Shown: positions 1 to 12,227 of the stretch, one piece after another
How the letters are laid out: every line of letters starts with the position of its first letter
Numbering within the stretch: the first letter of the stretch is position 1
The notes under the pieces: model-generated
Told to the model about the DNA's origin: nothing
Databases searched by the model: none
The model's input: the letters and a program-made list of their open reading frames with translations, nothing else
From: Macrostomum hystrix
Lineage: Eukaryota; Animalia; Platyhelminthes
Assembly (NCBI GenBank): GCA_950097015.1
Contig: CATNEN010000038.1
Coordinates: forward strand, 11,470,001-11,534,000
Direction: 5' to 3'
DNA length: 64,000 nt
Program-made: the position numbers and the translations under genes

Positions 1-978
1 CCGTGCTCGCTCAACCTCCTTCAGCGCTTTAAGGTTCTCATCCCCACCAGGAACCAAGTTAGCGACCACTGGAACACCCAGGAGGTCCACTGCTACACGG
101 ACGGATCCATGAAGGATGGCTCCGCTGGCTTCGGGGTCTGTATCCTTATCAACGGACGTGTTGTCGCCACACACGCCCAACACACTGGAAAATCCTCGAG
201 CGTTTTCCAGAACGAGGTCCTGGCCATCAGCTCCTGCGCTGCGGAGTTGAATGAGAAAAACATCTCAGGCAGGACTATCATCTTTCACTCGGACAGTCAG
301 GCTGCTCTGCAAGCCCTCTGTCACACCACCACAACCTCCCGGACAGTCTCCGACTGTGTCCGGCAGCTCAATAACCTGGCCGGTAAGAATACCGTCAGAC
401 TTCAGTGGATACCAGGGCACGCCGGTTTCCCTGGTAACGAGCTTGCTGACCACCTGGCCAAGCAGGGAGGAGCCAGCTCTGCGCCGGGCCCCTCCCCCCC
501 GGCTCCGATTCCGAGCACCGTCATTTATCGTCAGATTAATGATTGGACCGCCAACCTCCATCTTACCCGGTGGAGAAGCACCACTAACTGCCGCCAATCC
601 AAAGCGGCAGTTCCAGTGCCATCCGCTCGGCTCCGGAAGGTCCTTCTGAACCAGACCCGGAAGGACATCCGGGCCCTCACCATGACCCTCACGGGCCATG
701 GCTGCTACGCCAGACACTGTTTCCTCCGTGGAGACCTCCGGAGTGAGCTGTGCCCTTTCTGCAACCTTGAGGACGAGGATGCCCTGCACTTCGTCTGCCA
801 CTGCCCTTTCTTCACCAGAGAGAGGCTCAATCACCTCGGACCAAACCCATCAATGGACGATGTTTGCAGATCCGAGAACATCCCGCGGCTCGTCCGGTTC
901 CTAAGGGCTACCAGACGAGCCTCTTTCTTCCCCAGCGAGGAACAAGCTGCAGGAAGGACCGAACACGGACCTCCCTGA
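1..978 (+). CDS. Retrotransposon ORF2 C-terminus (RNase H + CCHC zinc finger), partial
   Basis: ORF 109..978 extends upstream in frame to base 1 (PCSLN...HCYTDGSMKDG) with no stops or frameshifts. Confidence 0.85.
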   Translation, partial: PCSLNLLQRFKVLIPTRNQVSDHWNTQEVHCYTDGSMKDGSAGFGVCILINGRVVATHAQHTGKSSSVFQNEVLAISSCAAELNEKNISGRTIIFHSDSQAALQALCHTTTTSRTVSDCVRQLNNLAGKNTVRLQWIPGHAGFPGNELADHLAKQGGASSAPGPSPPAPIPSTVIYRQINDWTANLHLTRWRSTTNCRQSKAAVPVPSARLRKVLLNQTRKDIRALTMTLTGHGCYARHCFLRGDLRSELCPFCNLEDEDALHFVCHCPFFTRERLNHLGPNPSMDDVCRSENIPRLVRFLRATRRASFFPSEEQAAGRTEHGPP

Positions 979-1090
979 CTGGCCCCGCGCCATCGGCCGA
1001 TTGCGGGTCTTTCAGGGATTAGCGGAATGGGCGACTCCCGCCTCCCCGCTGCGTCCGTCGGACCGCCCTGCAGATAAGTCAAGTCAAGAC
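1..1090 (+). mobile_element. 3' end of an RNase H-containing non-LTR retrotransposon (I group, LOA-like), cut off by the window start
   Basis: Frame is open from base 1 to the stop at 978. It shows RNase H motifs YTDGS, E(VLAI), HSDSQAAL and WIPGH.G..GNE.AD.LAK, then LTGH and a C-terminal CPFC..EDEDALHFVCHC zinc knuckle. A short GC-rich 3' UTR ends in an (AAGTC)n tail at ~1075-1089. Confidence 0.9.
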
Positions 1091-1994
1091 CTTTTTACTT
1101 TTTAGATATCATATAAGTAAAAATTGGACAGAATTCATTGAAACTGTGACCCAGGAAATCAAGAGGAATTCTATATTATAGAGGGCCTATATAATTTGCT
1201 AGAGTCTGTGACTAAACCTAGACTACAATTAAAGGGTAAGCCTAGGAAATGTATAGGCCTATATGATCTACTAGATTATGGCTAACCAAATAAAGCTAGC
1301 TGATACAAACTTCAGGTGCTTGTTTTTCTTTTATAAAACCATAAATGCTGCTAGCTAGCCTATGGCTAGACAACTTAACTAATTTGTTATTGCAATCGCA
1401 GGAACATAAATTCAACAAAAAATGTGTAAACTGTGTACTTTAGTTTACAATCGACATGACATACATGATTTGTACATCAAAATATAATTAGGGTCATTGT
1501 TTAATTCTGCGCACTGATACTATGTTTACCCTAAATATAGTACAAATAAATTAAATAGTATAGTATATAGTTATACAGTTAAAGTTAAAGTATATTTTTG
1601 TTTGGCCTAAAAATGTCTTGCGCGACCCACATTGATTTTTCGCAAGTATAATTAAAATTTTCACTGACTGGTACTGAATAGAAAGTAGAATAACTAATGC
1701 GCCTCACAAATTATCCTGATTGGCCGATCTAGAAAATATACGAGTAGGCCTACTATCTGTGATTCTGGGTATAGCTCAAGCATAGCAAGCAGAATGAATT
1801 AAATGCCAGCATATTTCCAAGAAATCAGGTTTGTTTTCTTCGTGTTTTTTAGCAATATCAAAGAGTTTCTATATATTGTTAAATAGTTGAAGTAAGGTCT
1901 AAGTAGAATTAACGATGTCTCATGATTGTTTAACCCCTTTTATGCAGCTAGGCCTATTTTATTATACTTAATAGTTAACAAACAGAAAGAATCC

Positions 1995-2345
1995 GGCGTG
2001 GGTGAGTGGCGGAGCGCAAGTGTTTGCCTCTCGCCACAAAGTCCCTGAGCTGGATTCCGCGGCGATGCCACATTCATTTGGCGCGCGACCATGAACACAA
2101 GGCTTGGGGCTTGTCCAGCAATTTAGTTCGTCGAGGGCAAACCTCCAAGGTACTGTGAAAGTGCAGTACACTGCCTGATGCTGTAAAAATCAAGACAGAT
2201 TTACACCCTGCGTTGAGTGCTGCTGCTGAGTGTGAGTGCGTGCGTCTCAGGAATCAGCAAAATGGGCAGAATTGCCCCTGGCTGCACTGGCTGCAAGTCT
2301 ACGGCAGTCCCCAACAATGTGCCAGCTCCTGCAATTTCTTTCCTA
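1995..2345 (+). mobile_element. SINE family B, degenerate copy
   Basis: Head GGTGAGTGGCGGAGCG..GTCCCTGAGCTGGATTCC; body matches the copies at 46785 and 60225. Confidence 0.7.
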
Positions 2346-3583
2346 TGAAGCCAGTATCTCTGCGTTAAAAAAGTATAACAATTTATTGAGAGGTTGGTTA
2401 ATAATAAGCTTAAATTTTACCAATCAACCGTATGACAATGACCATATGACCAACCGTATGACCATATGATGCTTAAACAAAAGTGTAATCACACATTTCC
2501 TTGGTAGACCACCTTAATATGGCCATGCCATGATGGTATTTGGGAGACTAGAAATGTTTCAAATTTCATACAAAAAATTTATGTATAAGAATAGGAAATT
2601 TCGAAAAAGTTTCGTTTTTATTGTTTCGAAGTAGACGTGCTTAAAAAGAGATGCGTCTCTTTTCAAAATCTGAATATAAGATATGCAACTTCGAAGAAGC
2701 GTGTGTACAGTACGCATTTATTTGTATTGTATAGAAGGCACTTTAGTTTTGAAATTTAATGTCATGCATTAAATACTGATTTTACACAATAGTTAAATTA
2801 GGTGCTTTATTATTAATCTAATTGGCGTATGAATTTACTTAGTACTTTAGTACAATAGTACTTTTATAGCACTTTTTGTTCACCAGCTGTAAAAAGAGGC
2901 TGTGAACACTGCAGCATTTTTGTCACAGTTTACCAGCATGGAGAGGTCAGGAGTTCGAATTCTGAGTTCGAAGAGTACAGGGGAAATATTTTTTCATTGT
3001 GCTAGAGGTTGGCTTATAGCGGCCACTATGGTGGAATAACTGTGCCTGTACCTGCCAATCGGTGTCCATGAAATTTTCATTCTTATTCTGTTGAAGATGT
3101 TACAGAATATTCTCTGTTTACTTGATGGTTAGTAATTTTTTCACTTTGGCAAAGTACCAGTAGATATAAACTTTAACGAAGCACACGACAAACAGATCAG
3201 CTAGTTCGAGTAGTACAATAGTGCAGTTATGTAAAATCTTCCGGATATTATAAGAACAAGTCACAATTAAGGAACAGTAAAATTGTGGCAATACGATAAT
3301 TTCAGTAATTCAGTAAAGCTGGTTCTGTTTAAAGTGTCAAAAGTGACAGTCTCTTAAAATCGAATGACCAGAGATAAAAAAGGGCTCAAGAATACACAAA
3401 ACATCGAATAGTCTTTTTGAAAGTAAAAAGCCGCTACTTGCTACTTACTACAAAGCGTCATAGTAGTACATCGCACACGCGCAGGCTAAAAAGTTAAGAG
3501 GAAAGTTTAAAGTAACCATTTTTATTACTCGGCGAGTAAGTGCAAAACGCCCGGTGACTTGAGGATGTTCACATTGGCTGCTG

Positions 3584-6500
3584 TTAACGCGCTGCGTAGG
3601 CGAAGATGGCGCCAACAACGAGACCGCCGCCGACTAGCAGCTCCCAGCCGAGGCGAAGGTCGAACACTAGCACGGAGACCAGGCATGCCAGCAGGATGGC
3701 TGCAGAGGCAGCGAAGCCTTTCACAATGTTGTCCGTGTACTGGACAACCATGGCCACCTGAGCGAGATACAGTAACAATAGAAGATCAGAGATAACAACA
3801 TACTCAATATGAGGATCTGGGATAACTACAGACTCAATTTGAGGATTTGGGATAACTACAGACTCAATCTAAGAATCTGGGTGAACGACAGACTCAATCT
3901 GAGGATCTGGGAGAATGACAGACTCAATCTGAGGATCTGGGAGAATGTAGACTCAATCTGAGGATCTGGAAGAACGACAGACTCAATCTGAGGATCTGGA
4001 AGAATGACAGACTCAATCTGAGGATCTGGGAGAATGTAGACTCAATCTGAGGATCTGGGAGAATGTAGACTCAATCTGAGGATCTGGGAGAATGACAGAC
4101 TCAATCTGAGGATCTGGGAGAACGACAGACTCAATCTGAGGATCTGGGAGAATGACAGACTCAATCTGAGGATCTGGAAGAATGACAGACTCAATCTGAG
4201 GATCTGGGAGAATGACAGACTCAATCTGAGGATCTGGGAGAATGTAGACTCAATCTGAGGATCTGGGAGAATGTAGACTCAATCTGAGGATCTGGGAAAA
4301 CAGAAAGCGGTTTTTTAAGTAACAAACTGATGTCACGAACCGCCAAGCCGCCCACGCTCTGCAGCAGGACCACGCCGACCACCCACGCGTCATAGCCATG
4401 AAAGAAGCCCAGATGCAGCAGCTGCGAGCCGTCGCTGAGCAGGGCAGTCAGAACGCCGAGCAGCACGCCCTCCACGGACAGCTGGGTGTTGCGCCACCAT
4501 AAAGATTTGCCGGTGCTTTTGAGTACGAACTCAAAATAGACACCGGCAAAGCCTTTAAAAAGCAAAAAAATTGTAGGGAACCAGAGTGACATTATCGAAG
4601 GAGTGAAATTTTCGATGGAGTGACATTTTGGATGGAGTGACATTTTCGATGGAGTGAAATTTTCGATGGAGTGACATTTTCGATAGAGTGACATTTTCGA
4701 TAGAGTGACATAGTCAATGGAGTTAAATTACCGATAGTGACATTGTCGAAGGAGTGATATTGTTGATCGAGTGACATTGTCAATGGAGTGGCATGGTCGA
4801 TGAAGTGACATTATCGATTGAGTGACATTTTCGAAGGAGTGACATTGTCGATCGAGTGGAATTGTCGATGGGGTGACATTGTGGATAGAGTGAAATTTTG
4901 GAACTACATAGTGACGTGTACATAGTGTGACATAGGCAATAGTGTAAGTGACAGCAGTGCATGCACAAACGCACCGGACATCAGGGATGCTACCAGAACC
5001 GCTCCCAGACCCACCAAAGGCTTCTGGATAACAGTGGAGTTATTCATTTTACTCTGGGCTGCAGACACGCTAGTGGAAAGAGATTGGCACTGTACCAGGG
5101 CTACTCCAACCGCCAGAGCCAACAAAGCAAGCCACTGACGCGTTGTCAGGCGCCGTTTTAGGATGGCAACGGAGAATAGAGCAGTAGTGAGCAGCTTCAA
5201 CTGGTAAGTTACCTGCGGTGTGAGTTCATTGTTTAAGACATAGATGCTTGGCGTTTTTTGTCTGAACAATTATTCTTGGCTTGTTTATTACAGTTTCTTA
5301 TCAGTGAAGAGGTTGTAGCCTAGTGATTAGGGCGTCGGATTCACGACTTGAAGGTCGGGGGTTCGATTCTCGACTCCACTGGAACAATTTGCGTCCTTTA
5401 GCAAGACACTTAGACACTTAACTCTGTATTGCTTCAGTTCACCCAGCTGTAAAATGGGTACCAGCATCAGCTGGAATAATTGAAGGTGGGTGTGGCGTCC
5501 CCCCAGTCCGTGGACTGAACAGCTGTACGCAGCCTTCAGATGCGCCGCGCATTAGCTGCGGCTGTGCTGTCGACTGCACATCTGACCCAATTGGGGCAGG
5601 TGTAATCAATTATTACTATTATTATCAGTGAAGTAAACAGAAAGAGTGTCTAAGCCCTTCAAATGTGTAGTAAAATGTCTCGGCATCAAGTTAACATTGT
5701 TTAATAGAGATTCACAGTTTTGTAAAGATGCGCCCATTGTGAAAAAAACACAACCAAAGCCAAGTCATACAAATTAATTTCATGACCAGCTAGCTATATT
5801 GGTTAAATCGACACCAAATAAATAAATAGCAATTATGGTATGATTAAAAACGAACAAAAGGCCAGTTGTACTAATATGCTTACCAAACTATATTAAATTC
5901 GTAATTAGAAGCCTTATACTGTCCTTTGTGTAGAAAAACGTATTATTATACCTCATTTTTTCTCAATTGTGTCGAGTTATGCTGCTGCAAAGCTAAAATG
6001 ATAACACGAATTTAAGCTACTGCTATTTTTTTAATATTCTGAATATTAGACAGGTTTTCGCACTCAAATAGAAAATAAAATCATGGTTATTTTTACATTT
6101 GGAAAATCCAAATTTTAAGATGCAGCCAATAGTTCTAATCAGTTCTAATCACCGGCTGTACACATATTTTCTGATAATTTATCAATAGACTTACCAAGCA
6201 AAAACTTAACAATTAAAGATTATGGACTTCAACTAACAATTATTATAAGTAATCCATGATGCAGGTATCATGTGAAGTTACCTGAAAGGTGACTGGGTCC
6301 AGATTCTCAATAGCAATGTACAGCAGATTGTTCTGCAGCACATAGATAATGGCTGGCACTGAGATTTTCAAACAGTCCAGTGGATCTCCAATAGTTCCTT
6401 GTTGAACTACCAGGCGAAACTCGCGCCAACTGCCACACTGCCACATCAGCAGGCAGCAGCTGGTGACAAATTTCAAAGCCTCGGCACAAACCACTGCGGA

Positions 6501-6635
6501 GGAGGCGAAAAACATGTCGCCAGGCCGTGTGCGAATGTGCCGCATAGATAGAATCAGTGCTACATTCTGTAGTGTGAGGGCGCACAGGCAGCAAGCCTTA
6601 GTCTGGTAGCTGGCGCTTGCACCACTGCTACCAGC
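3584..6635 (-). CDS. SLC35A2: UDP-galactose/nucleotide-sugar transporter; exons 6635-6282, 5212-4975, 4552-4341, 3757-3584; ATG-containing first exon not located
   Basis: GT-AG junctions with matching phases (0,1,0). Motifs RTRPGDMFFASSAVVCAEALK, LKISVPAIIYVLQNNL, TFQ|VTYQLKLLTTALFS, SGFAGVYFE, SLWWRNTQL, GFFHGY and GGLA|VAMVVQYTDNIVKGFA are typical of SLC35A2/A3. Confidence 0.9.
3790..4300. repeat. 28-30 bp minisatellite (GACTCAATCTGAGGATCTGGGAGAATGACA), ~17 copies, in the last SLC35A2 intron
   Basis: Direct tandem copies are visible and degenerate at the left edge. Confidence 0.95.
4582..4930. repeat. ~17 bp minisatellite (GAGTGACATTTTCGATG), intronic
   Basis: Imperfect tandem copies fill intron 4553-4974. 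Confidence 0.9.
5310..5621 (+). mobile_element. SINE family A (tRNA-derived head, CORE-like centre), full length with 12-bp TSD
   Basis: A box TAGCCTAGTGA and B box GGTTCGATTCT; CORE-like GCAAGACACTTAACTCTGTATTGCTTCAGTTCACCCAGCTGTAAAATGGG; (TTA)n tail; TSD TTATCAGTGAAG at 5298-5309 and 5622-5633. Confidence 0.92.
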
Positions 6636-6963
6636 CTGAAAGTACAGATCTCATTTATAAATTTTGTTTTGCAGTTAATTGCAGCTAAAAATTTAAATAG
6701 CCTAGCTACTGATAAATAACATAATAGAAACTTGTAAATTTGCTAATAAATTATAGATATTATAGTATATAAAAAATTGTATTCTATTATAAGCATTACT
6801 ATTTTTTTTACTTAGAAATATAAAAACTTGCTTAGCAACTTAGAGCTAACTTAAAGGTATGAAAGATGAGAAACTAAATTTTCACTTTTCCTTCCTTGCA
6901 AGGAGATTAAAGTTGCTAAAGTCATGTCTGTGCATGCATAAATATACCAAATAAAACAAATAA

Positions 6964-7306
6964 TCGAATATACTAAAAATGAAAATCTTGTTTGTTTGTA
7001 TCTTTGCAATTGACTAGCTCCCAAACAGCTCAACCGATTTTTATAATTCCTTCACCAAAAGATCACAAATGGTCCCAAATTGGTACATATATTTTTATTA
7101 AGCTTAATTCCATTGCCAAGGGGATTAAATATTTGAAAAACTGTTTTAAATAGGCTTTTATAATGCATTCTTGTTTTCAGCTTGTGCACAGTGAGGCTCC
7201 AGTGCCAATTTTAATGATTGAATCAGAGCTAGTTTTGATAACACACTGATAAGAACTCAAGGGAGGCTACCCAAGGGGTAACGAAAGCTGGCTTGTAACG
7301 AGCTAA
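6964..7306 (+). mobile_element. Possible degenerate non-autonomous Helitron-like element
   Basis: The 5' end TC..TATACTAAAAATGAAA..(TGTT)n..CAGCTCAACCGATTTT and a 3' GC-rich segment ending AGCTAA resemble invertebrate non-autonomous Helitron termini. Single copy here, recognised by eye. Confidence 0.35.
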
Positions 7307-8781
7307 AAATAACAGAACAGTCTCTGATATCCAAAAGAGGCAAATCCTGCTATTAAATCTTTTTATTTTGAAATAGCTAGCTACTGTTAGGTAGGCCTAG
7401 CTATTCTTAGATTTATTATCTTTTCATCTGCTGCCATCTCATCTACCATCCACTTGTCTTTAAAATAAATGTCATATAATCTTGTAGCCATAAAGACAAT
7501 TTAAACAAAGTGGTCTGCTATGGCTTTTATCATCACAAAATAAAAGAAATAATATTGAAAAATTCATATGTAATGCATAAGTTCATATTGATCAGGTGCT
7601 TTTTGTCTGCTTCACTTTAGACTACTGTGTGTAAACGAGGGGTTAAAATAACATTTTTTGTATTCTAGTCATGTGAAAATACCAAAGATTTGACTCATTC
7701 TAAACGTTTGTTTTCATGGCCATCAAATCTAATTTTGTGTGCAAATTATGATAAACATTATACTCCTCTAGCTAACTCACCTTTCATATTCACGATTTAT
7801 TATTTAGCAAGCTGTCTCTCTCTCTTGTACATGTCAGGGCGTCGTTGCATACATAAAAAAGTTATGTACAAATCCATTAAAATTAGTTAAGAACTAAAAA
7901 CTATGCTGATCATCCATCCTCTTCTTCTGATATCCGTTAAGGCCAAGTTGGCCAACTCCTCCGCTCATGAATTTCACTTGCCTCCAAAATAAGTCTACTT
8001 CACCTCGTCAGTTGGAAAACGAGATGGCGGCAGACAAAAGAGAAGGGACCTAACTCATATTCTTACACTTTGATATATAGCTAATTTAAATACGAACAAA
8101 ATCCCAATCCTGTAGAAATCAATATACTGCTCACATTGGAAAGGCAGGAAGCAGAGGTAAGAACATAACATACTTTTTATCCCATAAGCAATATAAATAT
8201 GATTATTTTTCATGGTGATTGGTGATTCACCAAGCCATGCATGATGTATATGCAAGGCCAAGCGATGTCAGTTTATATGATACTGACACTGCTAGCTGGA
8301 ACTATTCTGACCAGTTCAAAGCAAAAAAAATACAAACTTTTGTGGCCCAGCAGAGGGCCACCTGTTACAGAATTAACGGTAACAATCAGCAATAGTGCTC
8401 ATATGAATAAACTATATCTTAGAAAACGAAGTTTTTAAACAATAAGTATAACAAGCACTTTGTGCAACTCCATCTTTAAACAAGAACAGTTAAGGAATAA
8501 ATGCAGCTCTTTAAAAAAAACAATTTAATTGCCGCTGCTGTTTGAAGATTTCTTGCTTTTAGGCGTGAATATTTCTTGTAAACTGGCCACGAAAGTCAAA
8601 CATTCAGTTATTTTTATTATCGTGCACGCTTCACCTAAAACATTTACCAGCTGTGAAGTGGTGCGCAGTTAAACCTGACTTGATACATAGACGTGAAAAT
8701 AATTTTAATATCTTTGCTTATGTCTCTTAATTTTGAATCCTTTTTTTCTCGCGCTGTCTCGGATTATGATCTACGAATCTG

Positions 8782-8805
8782 ATGGATTTAGATGAGTTTC
8801 AAGAT
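8782..8805 (+). CDS. CACNB: Candidate first coding exon of the Cav-beta gene (MDLDEFQD)
   Basis: ATG followed by a perfect GTAAGT donor at 8806, phase 0, compatible with the acceptor at 12228. No homology support. Confidence 0.4.
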
Positions 8806-9484
8806 GTAAGTTTTGTTCTATATTAGGAAAGACTACATCAGTTATATTTTTCTAATTTGTTTCGTGGAATTTTAATATAAAATGATTGCAATTATTTGCA
8901 TGTGTTCATCTAATTAAAAGACTAAAACTTTAATCTATATATCAATTGACTTGTCCACCAGTCAATATTTTATAGAATAGTTTTAGTTTTTGATAGTGTA
9001 TCTTAATACTGCGCTCGTAATTTAGTAATGTTTTATAAATCAAGCTTTTTATCTAAATTATGTCAATATAATCAGAAAATAATTCGCTAAAATACTGAGA
9101 AGAAAAATATTTGACATTTCAAAGAATTGCCCATTTTGGAAAACAGTTCACCACAACTGTTTTTAACATATTTTATGGATAGCAAAGAGTTTTCTTTGCA
9201 GGGGTGTAAGTTTTTTCATTTACAATAAAATGAACTAATTCATGATCCAAGCTTTCTTAACTTTTGTAGTTCCTTTAAAAATTAGATTTATTGACAAAAT
9301 TTATTGATGGCAATAACACTATAATGCCTCTCAATGCGTCATAATTTTGATGACAGAAATTGCGATGAAGTCATTAAGTTTTTACGGATGTGGCCATCTA
9401 TGGCCTCTCATGCCGCCAGCGTGATTCAGCACTGACTGCCTTGTTTGTGATATTACGTTTATTTATCCAATTGAGGTTCATAAC

Positions 9485-9615
9485 CCATTCGACGTTCATT
9501 TGGTCTATTCGACGTTCATTACCTATTCGACGTTCATTACCTATTCGACGTTCATTTCCTATTCGACGTCATTACCTAATTGACGTTCATTACCTACTCG
9601 AAGTTCAATACCTAT
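9485..9615. repeat. 18 bp minisatellite (CCTATTCGACGTTCATTA), ~7 copies
   Basis: Tandem copies visible. Confidence 0.85.
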
Positions 9616-11954
9616 TCAACATCCTTGAACCTCTAGTACTAGAGGGACTCACTAATAATGCACCTATCCAACCGTATCGAACAGCAAGCTAAGTAGTGGC
9701 ACTGCAGCAATGTCTGATAGATTCCTATTCCACCTTAGAAGGCCCTAAATGCTTTCTCTGCAGTGCTTGTTTCCGCTATCCTAGGACAGAAGAATGATTC
9801 AAAGTTCACTGTATCGTGTGGCTGTATCGAGGATCAATTGACGCGCACAGAAACGGGACAAGATCCTCCCCCGGCAAAGCGAAAGCAAAGCAACATTTCG
9901 CCTATTGCGCCTCAGACAATATCCAGTCGAAGCTCAGACATTTGATCCTCGCAACAAGTTTGCCAGCCTGCTTCCTTCTGACGTCTTGGAGAGACTGTTA
10001 TACTTCAGGCAAAGCCATACAGAAACATTCAGCAGAGACGAAGAGGCGGACAGAAAGTACAACAGAGCAATGGAAGTCTGCAAGAAGCCAAGGAAGGAAG
10101 CCAGATTTTGGGGGACGTGCCTGCTGGCACACTTGCTGGCCTGAATATCGAAGCCTTATGGCGAAGCTTCTTCGACTCAAAAATGTTTCTACTTTTTTTT
10201 CTGAAATACTCTCATCGCCACCGCACAATTGGGTCGATTCAGTCATTAATATATATTAGAAAAATGTGTATAAAAATTCTAAATATGTTGCTAGACCAAT
10301 TAAGTAGTTAACAGTAGAACTACCAAAGGGGGGAATTCCCCTTCCCTGACAGTTATTCGTGCTGCACCCGAACGGAGCAACGCAAGCGCACGAAATTCGA
10401 GAACACGGACCAACTTTTTGTTGCGAATCTTCTAAAACAATAATCAAGTCGCCAGCTCTTCAGACCGTCGAGATGTTCGATAGTTTTGCCCATAAGCGCT
10501 AGTGTTTTTCATGCACCCCAATACACGAATTAGCACTGCACCAATGCCTTGCCAGACCTTCAAAATTTATCAGCATGTCACCCGAATGTGCCTGCATCAT
10601 CTCCATCTTCGGTGGTCACCTACCTTTATCTAGACGGATTTGCTGGACCTTCAAGGGCTACAACAGGTGGAACTAGGCCACTATGGACACCCTGACGTGA
10701 ATTTCTTTAATTTCACTGATCAAGCCTAAATATTAGGCGCAGCTCAACCACAGTCACCATCCAACGCTGTTAGCATTCAGGCTCTGTCAAAAAATTTACC
10801 TTGGTAAAAAGCCTCCCTTGGTAAAAACGGGCTGCAAAATGGCTTGGCAGTCCTTCTGTTAAAATCAATTTGGTGGGGATGCGAACTCAGGGCGTTCATT
10901 ACATTCCTGCTCTTTGGCACGTAAGCCTTTGGGGAAAAATTGTCTGCTATTCAGTGCGCGAGATTAGGGAGGAAGAGAGAGGGATGGAACAGTTGGGAGT
11001 TGCACGAATGCACGAAACGCGTACTGCAGGAATGACGGGGAGTGTAGCTTCGCAAAGGAGGTCATGCAGCTCTCTCTCCCTCCCTTACCCCGCGCCATCG
11101 AGCCAGCCATAGCTAGTGCCGTCAGTCTCGCTGTTGCGGCATTATCGAATATATATTTCCCCCGGAACATTCCACCCAATGCGGCGGCTGGGAAATTGCA
11201 TAGCGACGCATTTGGGGCCAGACCATATCGATTAATGGAGGTTGTCGGGCGGAGGATGTGCAAAAAGTGCACGAATGCCAGATGACCAATTCGAAAGCCA
11301 GTCTTGGTCTCTACTGCCTCGGCAGTTGCTGCATCGGCTCAGTTGCGCAAAGTGTCTACATTGTACGAGTATTATAGATAGAAAGAATTTTCGTTGGCCT
11401 TATTTTTGTGTTAAGCGGAAGCTCTTCCCTTGCCCGTCACTACCGCTTTAGACAGAAATATGGCAAAGGCTGTGGCATGAAAATTGTTTCGCTTTTAGGG
11501 GTTCATGTGTCGGTTCTTTACCCTCCGGAAGGAAATTTTGGGACGCAGATTATTTTTGCTGCACACATGGGGTTAGTGCGGTGTGGATTAGCATTATTAA
11601 ATGCTTCCTTGTGTGTGCGTGTAAGCATACGTTGACACAATGCTCCAGTTTGTACTCAACTTATAGGTTTCTTGTTTGTTTGCCACGTCTACAAGCTGAG
11701 TGCAGCAAAATTCTAAAAATATTCAAAGCAAAATGCTGTACTGTGCTTTTCAATTCAGCCGATGTTTTAGACCAGATTTTATTACTATCAGTAGGTTAAA
11801 AGTAAATTGGACACGGTTTTTAGTTAAACGAAAAATTTAGGTAGAAATAAAAGCAACTTTTTAGTAAAAAAGACAACCTTTTCGGTTTAAATTGTTAAAC
11901 ACGACAGCTAATTATTAAAAAAGAACAACAACTTGTAAGACATGTCTGGTTAAC

Positions 11955-12160
11955 CATTGGTTAACGTGAACTGGACTCGTAAATTGAAGGTCGGAGGTTC
12001 GATTCCTGACCGCACTAAAACAATTTTTGTCCTCTAGCAAGACTGCTTCAGTTCATCCAGCTGTTAAATGGGTACCAGCAACAGCTGGAGTCATTTATGA
12101 TGGGTGTGGCGTCCCGTCCCCCCAGTCCATGGACTGAACAGCCTTACGCAGCTTTCAGAT
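11955..12160 (+). mobile_element. SINE family A, partial/diverged
   Basis: GAAGGTCGGAGGTTCGATTCC, CCAGCTGTTAAATGGGTACCAGC and CAGTCCATGGACTG are shared with the 5310 copy. Confidence 0.85.
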
Positions 12161-12227
12161 CAGTCGGTTACGCATGTCGGAATTTTTTTATAAAAAAATA
12201 ATTTTTTATTATTATTATCTCTGGCAG

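Noticed and set aside
6636-8300. Candidate ATG exons for SLC35A2 (e.g. donors near 7780, 8003, 8230)
   Set aside because: They give the wrong phase, lack an in-frame ATG or have a weak donor. None can be supported without transcript data.
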